IMG/VR virus record: IMGVR_UViG_3300025121_000011
Location: 1 to 64,000 of that record
Direction: 5' to 3' (one strand)
DNA: 64,000 nucleotides
Position 1 is the first letter of the stretch; each line of letters begins with the position of its first letter. Positions 18,741 through 27,022 of this stretch are shown piece after piece. Under the pieces are notes generated by a model. The model saw only the letters and a list, made by a program, of their open reading frames with translations. It was not told the DNA's origin and made no database searches. Made by a program: the position numbers and the translations under genes.

Positions 18741-19337
18741 GTGAGTATTTGTATGTTACCAGATTCATTGGTTTATTTTATTCAACCTTCATCATACTTA
18801 GCTGTATTAATTGCTTATACGGTAGCTATGGATGTTTTGCCAATATTTGAAACGCAGAGACCAACAGATGATAAACTTAGGCAAATCATTAGTGTATGTA
18901 AGATGTATTTAAAATATATCTTAATTGATGTTAGGTCGCTGAATGATGATATTAAACGCTTATCTCGTGAACTTAAGTCCTACAATCCTGCTATGGACAG
19001 TTATGAATATATTTATATTGTTAACACAGCTGTTAGTGTTTTTGCAACTTTAAATTCTGCTATTAGATTTAAGAAAACTGGTATACTTATTAATCAGATA
19101 GATGCTTCTCTTAATAATGCTGCTGATGTTGTTTATTATGCAGCTCTCGCCTCTTCCGAAGAACACATCTTCAATTTGATTCTATCTCTGTTTCCTCAGA
19201 TGATCAATTATGCTGTTGAAAATCAAATCAAGTTGTTCACCGGACCTGGAGATTTCTCAGAGATATTTGAGATGTTAACCGATGAACAGAAGAAGCTGGT
19301 GATATATAATATGGATGTAATTGGAAATTGGAAATGA
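18741..19337 (+). CDS. Imm5-like array paralog B1 with non-repetitive core
   Basis: Diverged N-module (VLIAYTVAMDVLPIFE); unique core; near-identical C-module from ~19130. Confidence 0.8.
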   Translation: MSICMLPDSLVYFIQPSSYLAVLIAYTVAMDVLPIFETQRPTDDKLRQIISVCKMYLKYILIDVRSLNDDIKRLSRELKSYNPAMDSYEYIYIVNTAVSVFATLNSAIRFKKTGILINQIDASLNNAADVVYYAALASSEEHIFNLILSLFPQMINYAVENQIKLFTGPGDFSEIFEMLTDEQKKLVIYNMDVIGNWK

Positions 19338-19951
19338 TTTCATCAAAAGATTTGGTTTTATTCATTAATCCTCCTAAATATTTATCCGTATTAATTGCTT
19401 ATACAGTTGCCGCAGATGTTCTGCCTATATTTGAAAAGCATTTTCCGAAGGATTTGAGACCGAGAAAAGCTGTTGAAGTTGCTAAGATGTATTTGGAGGG
19501 ATATGCGGTTGTTGCTGCTGATGTTGATGCTGCTGCTTATGATGCTGCTGATGCTGCTTATGATGCTGCTAATGCTGCTTATGATGCTGCTAATGCTGCT
19601 TATGCTGCTTATACTAATGTTGTTGTTGTTAATGCCGCTGTTTATGCTGTTTATTATGCCGCTGCTCATGCTGCTTATGCTGCTCATGCTTCTTATGCTG
19701 CTACTTATGCTGCTTCTTATGCTGCTTCTTATGCTGCTTCTGCTGCTTGTTATGCAGCCAAAGCCTCTTCCGAAGAACACATCTTCAACCTGATTTTATC
19801 TCTGCTTCCTCAGATGATCGATTATGCTGTTGAAAATCAAATTAAGTTATTCACAGGACCCGGAGATTTCTCAGGAATATTTGAGATGTTAACCGATGAG
19901 CAGAAGAAGCTGGTGATATTTAATATGGATGTAATTGGGAATTGGAAATGA
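19334..19951 (+). CDS. Imm5-like variable-core array protein, copy B2
   Basis: Same modules as array A; ATGA coupling. Confidence 0.85.
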   Translation: MISSKDLVLFINPPKYLSVLIAYTVAADVLPIFEKHFPKDLRPRKAVEVAKMYLEGYAVVAADVDAAAYDAADAAYDAANAAYDAANAAYAAYTNVVVVNAAVYAVYYAAAHAAYAAHASYAATYAASYAASYAASAACYAAKASSEEHIFNLILSLLPQMIDYAVENQIKLFTGPGDFSGIFEMLTDEQKKLVIFNMDVIGNWK

Positions 19952-20511
19952 TTTCATCAAGAGATTTAGTTTACTTCATTAATCCTCCAAAATATTTATC
20001 CGTATTAATTGCTTATACAGTTGCCACAGATGTTCTGCCTATATTTGAAAAGCAGCATTCGAAGGATTTAAGACCAAGAAAAGCTGTTGAAGCGTCTAAG
20101 ATGTATTTGGATGGATATGCGGTTGATGCTGTTTATGCTGCTCATGCTTCTGCTGCTTATGCTGCTTATGTCACTGCTGATACTGTTTATGCTGCTTATG
20201 CTGCTAATGCTGCTGCTAATGCTGCTGCTGCTTATGCTGCTTATGCCGCTTATGTTGTTGTTGATTATGCTGCTTATGCTGTTTATTATGCAGCTCTTGC
20301 CTCTTCCGAAGAACACATCTTCAACCTGATTTTATCTCTGCTTCCTCAGATGATCAATTATGCTGTTGAAAATCAAATCAAGTTGTTTACGGGATCTGGA
20401 GATTTCTCAGAGATATTTGAGATATTAACCGATGAACAGAAGAAACCAGTGATATACAATATGGATGTAATTGGGAGTTTAAAGAGTATAATTTTAGAAA
20501 AGGAGAAATGA
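19948..20511 (+). CDS. Imm5-like variable-core array protein, copy B3
   Basis: Same modules; unique tail after MDVIGS. Confidence 0.85.
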   Translation: MISSRDLVYFINPPKYLSVLIAYTVATDVLPIFEKQHSKDLRPRKAVEASKMYLDGYAVDAVYAAHASAAYAAYVTADTVYAAYAANAAANAAAAYAAYAAYVVVDYAAYAVYYAALASSEEHIFNLILSLLPQMINYAVENQIKLFTGSGDFSEIFEILTDEQKKPVIYNMDVIGSLKSIILEKEK

Positions 20512-20819
20512 TGTCTATTGATGATACATATAGTTTAAATAAATTTACGGAAATTGTTTATAAAATGACTGATCCTGAGTTGTTGGAGGCGGCAGAAGGT
20601 TTAATGAATGATTTAGCTATGATCAATAATATGAAACAAAAAATTGAAATGATGGAAGAGACTCTTCACGCAGGAAAACGAGCTGCATTCTATTTTTTCA
20701 CACTTAATTTAGACAGTGATGAAATCGCTATGGCAACCCAAACTGTTCGTGGAAGAAAAAGAGTATTAGCTGAAAAAGCAGCAAGAGAAGATAAAAAAAC
20801 AGAACCAGAGAATTCATAA
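20508..20819 (+). CDS. Hypothetical coiled-coil protein
   Basis: AGGAG RBS, ATGA overlap. Confidence 0.65.
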   Translation: MMSIDDTYSLNKFTEIVYKMTDPELLEAAEGLMNDLAMINNMKQKIEMMEETLHAGKRAAFYFFTLNLDSDEIAMATQTVRGRKRVLAEKAAREDKKTEPENS

Positions 20820-20845
20820 GAATAATTCATAAAAATCGTTACCCA

Positions 20846-20852
20846 TACTAAT
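20846..20852 (+). promoter_or_regulatory. TACTAAT candidate late-promoter motif
   Basis: Intergenic, ~50 nt upstream of ATG 20902. Confidence 0.5.
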
Positions 20853-20901
20853 ATCAAAAGATAGATTGAATACATTTAATCTAGATCTGTATGGAGAATT
20901 T

Positions 20902-22269
20902 ATGGATAAAGAACAAAGGTTAAGACGGCTTAGGGCTATTGTTGCGGCTAGAAAAATTATTGCAGCTAAAGATAAAAGGTACATTGTAGAAATACCCGGA
21001 TATAACCTGCGAGGTTCTATTCGCTCGCAAACTCCTCACGAAGCTATTAATCAGATGGTGCAAAAGTGGTCTAAATCTGGAGAGCTTAATATTGCTTCTG
21101 TTGGAGACTTTAAAACTACAGATCCAAGCCAGCCCCTTCGGGTAAAGTTAACAGATTTTGAGTCAAGAAAAACTGTAGAATTATCTGTGCCTATAGAACA
21201 GGCTTTAATTGGATCGACCAGTTATCTTATACCAGATTTTGGCGGTTATACTTCTGAGTCTGCAAACTTGGGTCCTAACGTAGAAGAGTATGAAGAAAGA
21301 GATATTTTTCCTGTTTCTGAAAAAGAAATTGGAGAAAGAGAAGCTGTAATGGAAGATGTTTCTACTATGGAATTAGTGGAACCAAACTTTTCAGTACCAA
21401 AAATTTTAACAGCAGATCCATCGTTGAATTTTGCAGCAGAAGATATTAATGAATTGATTTTTAGATCTAAGAATAAAGAGTGGATTACTATACCATCTCA
21501 AGCTAGAAAGAAAGGGATCCCAAATCTCTATATTCTTGGAGATAGTCCCACATCACATGAGAAGTATTTTGGTATTAAAACTGAATATGGATATCTTCCA
21601 ACCATAGCTTCATCTGTTTTGTTATTTTTAGCCCTAGCTGGAAAGGCGAATCGTGGTGATTTAAGTCAGGTTCAGAAATTAAAAGTTCCAGATGATTTTA
21701 AATTTACCAATAAAATGCCTGGATCAGATTTTATATTGACGCTTCCACCATATATAGAAGAAGCGGCTATTAGAGATTCTTATTTTATTATGCGTGATGC
21801 CGAATTTACACCAGGATTTTTAACGCGATTAAGTTATAACGCAGGAACTGATAACTTCACTTTTGGCCACACCAAAGCACAGGGCGGAAGAAAAGAGGAT
21901 AAACAAACTCCAGCTAATGCTCCGGTCTCAAAAGATATGCAAGATCGCTTAGCCGTATTAAATCGTGGACTTTCCAAACCAATAGAGAATTATAGAGTTT
22001 TAAATTCTTTAGTTAAAGATTTTGTAATTAATCTTGATGCAAAAATTGTGCTTCTTTTAAAAGAACAGCATGCTGTTAATGCATCTGCTAGATTTTTAAA
22101 ACCAAGTGGAAAGCAAACGGATGTTGATGATGTATTAAGAAATATCATTCTAAGAAAAATTATTGCAGCTATACAAGGTGCGGAATCGTTCAGAGTGGGT
22201 GATGAAGATTTGAAATCACCCTTGGAAAGCGCAGAGTTTGAAGAAGGAGAATACCTTAGCCCAAGCTAA
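20902..22269 (+). CDS. Hypothetical protein, possibly virion-associated
   Basis: GGAGA RBS before ATG 20902; 455 aa; TACTAAT upstream. Confidence 0.7.
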   Translation: MDKEQRLRRLRAIVAARKIIAAKDKRYIVEIPGYNLRGSIRSQTPHEAINQMVQKWSKSGELNIASVGDFKTTDPSQPLRVKLTDFESRKTVELSVPIEQALIGSTSYLIPDFGGYTSESANLGPNVEEYEERDIFPVSEKEIGEREAVMEDVSTMELVEPNFSVPKILTADPSLNFAAEDINELIFRSKNKEWITIPSQARKKGIPNLYILGDSPTSHEKYFGIKTEYGYLPTIASSVLLFLALAGKANRGDLSQVQKLKVPDDFKFTNKMPGSDFILTLPPYIEEAAIRDSYFIMRDAEFTPGFLTRLSYNAGTDNFTFGHTKAQGGRKEDKQTPANAPVSKDMQDRLAVLNRGLSKPIENYRVLNSLVKDFVINLDAKIVLLLKEQHAVNASARFLKPSGKQTDVDDVLRNIILRKIIAAIQGAESFRVGDEDLKSPLESAEFEEGEYLSPS

Positions 22270-22301
22270 GCCGTTTGATGTAAATATGGTATCATATATT
22301 T

Positions 22302-22655
22302 ATGAAATGTGCCATTCTGATAAAATTGCCGATTATTAAACCAATTACGCACATTAATAATGTTTGTGAATTTTCTGAAGTTAATGGTTATTTGTATCAC
22401 AAAGATAGTATTTTTGCAGTTTGTCAGGTGAAAGAGATAAGTGGGGATTGGTGGCTTGTACATCGCCCCACAGAACATTTGTTTGCGCGATTTCGCAGTA
22501 AGCGTGATGTAGAAAAGTTTTTAGATTTTTTTCTTAAGGAGCTGGATGAAAAAGATATTTGTTTGCTGACACCAATGTATTCACAGGTGAAAGAGGCATT
22601 AGAATCTTCTTTTAATATTGCATATCCGCGTTATTGGTGTGAATCTCGGCGGTAA
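22302..22655 (+). CDS. Hypothetical protein
   Basis: 117-aa ORF. Confidence 0.6.
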   Translation: MKCAILIKLPIIKPITHINNVCEFSEVNGYLYHKDSIFAVCQVKEISGDWWLVHRPTEHLFARFRSKRDVEKFLDFFLKELDEKDICLLTPMYSQVKEALESSFNIAYPRYWCESRR

Positions 22656-22691
22656 AAACTTAACCCATGATAGTATGGAATCGAAATATAT

Positions 22692-23357
22692 ATGACAACA
22701 AATATTATTGAAACGGAATTAGATATTTATATCTGGTTTCAACAATTAAATGATAAAATAAATTTATGGATTACAGATCCTCCATATCCGTTTAATAATA
22801 AAAATGGAACCGGACGCTTTTCTTATAAAGATGGTAATGATGATATGTATACTAGGTTAGATTGGCCTGGATTAAGTTTGGTTTTTAAAGAAATGTATGA
22901 CGCATCATCAGAAGGTAGTCGAGCATATATTTTTGCTAATAAAGATGGATTAATTGAAACAATTAATCGCTTAAAATCTGTAGGCTGGATACATAGAAAT
23001 ATTTTAGTATGGGATAAGCAGCATTTTGGCGGAGGATATCATTGGAGAAATCAAATAGAGTATATTGTTTATGTTAGTAAAGGTAAGCCAAAAGTGTATG
23101 TTAAAGGCGTTGGAAATAAATTTAATTATAAGCGACCAACAAAAAGCAGCGTAAATCTGGCTATTGGGTATAATCCAATCGGTGCATCGTGTAAGCCTCT
23201 GGAGATTTGGAGAGATATCATTACTTATGGTGCAGCAGATGATGATGTCATTGCGGATCCATTTGCAGGTTCTAATCCGATGAAAGCTGCGTTGATGATG
23301 AATAATAATTTATCAAACAAAATTAAAACGGCATATACCAATGCGCTTAAGATTTAG
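22692..23357 (+). CDS. N6-adenine/N4-cytosine DNA methyltransferase (beta-class motif order)
   Basis: ITDPPY catalytic motif precedes the DPFAGS SAM-binding motif; NILVWDK, KP..IW. Confidence 0.85.
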   Translation: MTTNIIETELDIYIWFQQLNDKINLWITDPPYPFNNKNGTGRFSYKDGNDDMYTRLDWPGLSLVFKEMYDASSEGSRAYIFANKDGLIETINRLKSVGWIHRNILVWDKQHFGGGYHWRNQIEYIVYVSKGKPKVYVKGVGNKFNYKRPTKSSVNLAIGYNPIGASCKPLEIWRDIITYGAADDDVIADPFAGSNPMKAALMMNNNLSNKIKTAYTNALKI

Positions 23358-23366
23358 GGAGTATAT

Positions 23367-24953
23367 ATGGGAAAAATTGTTATTACTGGTCAAGAAGCAA
23401 GACAAAAAACTTTAGCCGGAGTTAATATTTTAGCTGATGCCGTCAAAGTTACACTTGGACCTCGCGGCAAAAATGTGGCCATTGAAGTACAAAAATATCA
23501 GGTACCCTTAATTACCAAGGATGGGGTAACAGTAGCAAGACACATTACTTTAGATGATCACTGTGAGAATATGGGTGCACAGTTAGTTAAGTCTGTGGCG
23601 GCAGCAGCTAATAATACTGCTGGTGATGGGACAACGACAGCAACGGTATTGGCTCAAGCCATTTATAGTCACGGATTAAAGATGGTTGCAGCAGGTTATA
23701 ATCCCGTTTTAATTAAAAGAGGGATAGAGTTAGCAACTGAAACTGTAGTTACTCATTTGAAAGAAATGGCAATAGGTGTATCAGATGAAAATACATTAGC
23801 TTACGTTGCTTCAATTTCGGCTAATAACGATAAAGCTTTGGGGAAAATGATTGCAGAAGCAGTGGCTATGGTTGGTAATGATGGAATATTAACGGTTGAA
23901 GAGGAATCTGGAACAACAACTCATGTGGAATATACTGATGGATTAAAATTAGAACGAGGTTTGTTGCATCCTGATTTTATTACAAATCCAAATAAATTAA
24001 CATCTGAGTTACAAGATGCATATATTCTACTTCATGATGGTAAAATTGATAATATTCATATGATCGTTCCTCTTCTTAAGACAGTCAGTGAAAGCGGTCG
24101 AGCGATTTTGATTGTTGTTAAAGAGATTGATTCTCAGACTATTAATCAGATTGCTTACAATTGTGCGAAAGGTAGTTTAAAGGCTTGCGTCATTAGAGCA
24201 CCGGGTTTTGGAGATCATCGGCGGGCCTTTTTAGAAGATATTGCTGTGGTCACAGGTGGTATAGTTACAAGTGATGCAAGACCATTAGATACCATAAATA
24301 TATTAGATTTAGGAGAAGCCAGAAAGGTTTCTGTAGGATTAAATTTTACTTCCATTATCGATGGGAAGGCTCCGGCGGGAGCCGTTGATGAAATGATTGT
24401 TACAATTAATAATCAATTATCTAATGGTGATTTGTTTGATCATCAAATAGATATTTTAAAAGGTAGACTATCTCGACTTGGTGGTGGTGCAGCAATTTTT
24501 AAGGTAGGTGGGACTTCAGATGCTGAAGTCAGAGAAAAACGCGATAGAGTAGAGGATGCTATAAATGCAGTACGCTCCGCTATAGAAGAGGGAATTGTTC
24601 CAGGTGGTGGAGCAGCTTTACTAAAATGTTTAAAAGTTCTAAAGAAAATGGATACATCTGATTTATTACCAGAAGAAGCAGTAGGTGTAAAAATTGTTAT
24701 GGAATCCATTCAAGCACCATTTTCTCAAATTATGAAAAATGCTGGAGTCGAATTTTCGTCAATTTATATCGAAAGGATTTCTGAAAGTAAATCATCAGGA
24801 TTTGATGCATTAAAAATGGAATATGTTGAGGATATGATAGAGAGAGGAATCATAGATCCTGTCAAAGTTGTGAGGGCGGCACTCGAACACGCAGCATCTG
24901 CTAGTGGTACTCTTTTAACAACAGAAGTGGTTATTTTTGATTCGGAGCAATAG
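23367..24953 (+). CDS. groEL: Group I chaperonin GroEL
   Basis: AVKVTLGPRGKNV, ITKDGVTVA, AGDGTTTATVLAQ, APGFGD, GIVPGGG, GIIDPVKV; no GGM tail. Confidence 0.97.
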   Translation: MGKIVITGQEARQKTLAGVNILADAVKVTLGPRGKNVAIEVQKYQVPLITKDGVTVARHITLDDHCENMGAQLVKSVAAAANNTAGDGTTTATVLAQAIYSHGLKMVAAGYNPVLIKRGIELATETVVTHLKEMAIGVSDENTLAYVASISANNDKALGKMIAEAVAMVGNDGILTVEEESGTTTHVEYTDGLKLERGLLHPDFITNPNKLTSELQDAYILLHDGKIDNIHMIVPLLKTVSESGRAILIVVKEIDSQTINQIAYNCAKGSLKACVIRAPGFGDHRRAFLEDIAVVTGGIVTSDARPLDTINILDLGEARKVSVGLNFTSIIDGKAPAGAVDEMIVTINNQLSNGDLFDHQIDILKGRLSRLGGGAAIFKVGGTSDAEVREKRDRVEDAINAVRSAIEEGIVPGGGAALLKCLKVLKKMDTSDLLPEEAVGVKIVMESIQAPFSQIMKNAGVEFSSIYIERISESKSSGFDALKMEYVEDMIERGIIDPVKVVRAALEHAASASGTLLTTEVVIFDSEQ

Positions 24954-25003
24954 TTATTCATTTAAAAAAAAATCTTGATAGTAACTCTGGTGTAGAGGTA
25001 AGA

Positions 25004-26089
25004 ATGAATATTAAGATATTTCCAAATGAAGACGATGTTAAAAGGCGGGATCAAATTGAAAAAAATTTGATTATTATGGGCACAGGTTTAATATCTGGTA
25101 GTTGGGTTTATCGCTTTTTGGAGGAAGCCTTTTGTAATTTGGAATTGGAAAAAATCCGTCCATATTGGAATGATTTAAATAAAGATATTATAATTTCAAT
25201 AATTTGCAAAGGACATCTTGATGAATTTAGAAAGATGATGAATGGTAAATATGTAATTTTGCCTGATCAAACGTTTAAAGGTTCTGAATTGTATAATGAT
25301 ATTATTCGAGTAAGTATAGAACAGTTATTTAGAACCGATTATTATGGTGATCGCCCTGAAAAATACATAACTATGTGTGAAGAAATAGTTATTTTTCATC
25401 CAGAAATATTAGAAGAGAGTTTTTTAAAACTTCCGATGTTAGAGAGGGTTTTGGCTTTTAAAACCCTAATTGATAAAAATTTTGCTAAACTGCATTCTCC
25501 ATATTGGATTAATTTTTGTCAAAATATAATAGATAATATAGATTGGACTACTTTGGGTGGACTCTCTGGTGAGATGTTGCTTTTAGCGGCAGATGTTTTG
25601 GATGAAATTAAAAAAGATGTTGATTGGGAGATTATTTACGCATGCTTCGCTAAGCTTGTAGAGCATAATAGACGCACATGCGATAATTTCGGAAAGATGA
25701 TTAATATGTGTTTACAAAAAATTCCAGATATAATATTTGAATATGCAATGGAAGCAAACTTTAAAAAAGTTCATAAGGATATTAGAATGGAGGTATACTC
25801 TGCTATCATTGGAGCGGGATTATTTGATGTGCAACTCGCTAGAAGAATTAGAAGTGATAGCAGTATGTATGTTTCATCAATTTGTATTGAATCATTTTTT
25901 AAAGAAATTGAAAATTACGATAATAAAGAAAAATTATTAGAGCAATTTTTAGATACCAGATATGATCCTGTTATAAAAATTTTAATAGAAAAGGCGCCAG
26001 TTAAATATCTTCCATTTTTTGTTGGAATTACAGATGTAAGCTGTAAAAAGTTATTAGAAAAGCGAATGCAATCTGATATTATTAAATAA
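25004..26089 (+). CDS. Helical hypothetical protein with C-terminal motif B
   Basis: Ends VIKILIEKAPVKYLPFFVGITDVSCKKLLEKRM. Confidence 0.7.
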   Translation: MNIKIFPNEDDVKRRDQIEKNLIIMGTGLISGSWVYRFLEEAFCNLELEKIRPYWNDLNKDIIISIICKGHLDEFRKMMNGKYVILPDQTFKGSELYNDIIRVSIEQLFRTDYYGDRPEKYITMCEEIVIFHPEILEESFLKLPMLERVLAFKTLIDKNFAKLHSPYWINFCQNIIDNIDWTTLGGLSGEMLLLAADVLDEIKKDVDWEIIYACFAKLVEHNRRTCDNFGKMINMCLQKIPDIIFEYAMEANFKKVHKDIRMEVYSAIIGAGLFDVQLARRIRSDSSMYVSSICIESFFKEIENYDNKEKLLEQFLDTRYDPVIKILIEKAPVKYLPFFVGITDVSCKKLLEKRMQSDIIK

Positions 26090-26113
26090 TTTCAATATGG
26101 AGCATGTAAAAAA

Positions 26114-26491
26114 ATGACTGATTTAGATGATTGTTATATTTTAAGTAGAAATTTTCACATTAATAAATTCAGAGCATTATTTAATGTAACTATTTCGGTC
26201 ACAAAAAGTGATGAAACTGGTGAAGATATAAGTTCAGAAGATGTAAAGTATCAGGAAGAGATAGAATCAGCGAGAATTACTCAACAGAATCTTGAAGAAA
26301 ATTTATTTATTACCCAAGATGGTACAATAATTGGAATTAATCGTACGATAGCAGATCAATGGCTAACGGATTCTGATGTCCATGCTGTAAGATGGGGAAA
26401 TAAGAAAATACCAGATAAGCTGCTGATTTCTAAACCAGAAGATCTTTATAAGATGCTTTCTGCATTTATTCCATTGGATGAAACTGTTTAA
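26114..26491 (+). CDS. Hypothetical protein
   Basis: GGAG RBS; 125 aa. Confidence 0.65.
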   Translation: MTDLDDCYILSRNFHINKFRALFNVTISVTKSDETGEDISSEDVKYQEEIESARITQQNLEENLFITQDGTIIGINRTIADQWLTDSDVHAVRWGNKKIPDKLLISKPEDLYKMLSAFIPLDETV

Positions 26492-26520
26492 TATATTTAT
26501 ATAAAATTTTGGATGGAAAC

Positions 26521-26550
26521 GGCCGCGATCATAAGTCGCGGCTATTTTTA
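26521..26550 (+). terminator. Intrinsic terminator
   Basis: GGCCGCGAT-cataa-GTCGCGGCT hairpin followed by ATTTTT. Confidence 0.8.
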
Positions 26551-26636
26551 TTTGTTTTTAAATAAAGTAATTTTGTAATGATCTGTTAATATTTTTTATT
26601 GTGATATGGCATTTCGATTGTAAACTATAACTAGAG

Positions 26637-27020
26637 GTGCGTGTGCAAAAGCAGGCTGGATTAGAAGATACAACAATGACAGATCCAAATACTGGTCTGA
26701 AAATTAGAGTATCTACTACAACTCGTAAGATGTATAGATACATTTTTAGAGGTCAAGAAGAAGAGGCGATGCGAAATAATCAATTAAATGAATTTATTGC
26801 TAATGATTTTGTTAAAAGTTCTGATAAGGTTGTACATCATTTTAGACTTGGAAAAGGTGGTGACTCAGAAAGGACTAAGGCAGAGATTAGAAATAAAGTT
26901 GGCTCAACAATGTTTTTTATTTCAGTAGAACGAGGCTCTTATATTGATATTTTAACAATTCAAAGCGCTTGGAAATCTCCTAAATATACCTCTACATATG
27001 GAATTAGGAAAAATAAATAA
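26637..27020 (+). CDS. Hypothetical protein
   Basis: 127-aa ORF 2 nt before the next gene. Confidence 0.65.
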   Translation: MRVQKQAGLEDTTMTDPNTGLKIRVSTTTRKMYRYIFRGQEEEAMRNNQLNEFIANDFVKSSDKVVHHFRLGKGGDSERTKAEIRNKVGSTMFFISVERGSYIDILTIQSAWKSPKYTSTYGIRKNK

Positions 27021-27022
27021 TC

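Noticed and set aside
127-20329. Met/Leu-rich (+) and Ser/Ile-rich (-) ORFs overlapping each array core
   Set aside because: Expected shadow frames of GCT/TAT/AAT repeats; they begin and end with the core and lack RBSs
1-20511. Diversity-generating retroelement as the source of core variation (all NNY codons)
   Set aside because: No reverse transcriptase or template repeat in the window; cores vary in length and are GCT-dominated with GTT/ACT neighbours, which fits slippage plus point mutation better than A-specific mutagenesis. Not excluded outside the window
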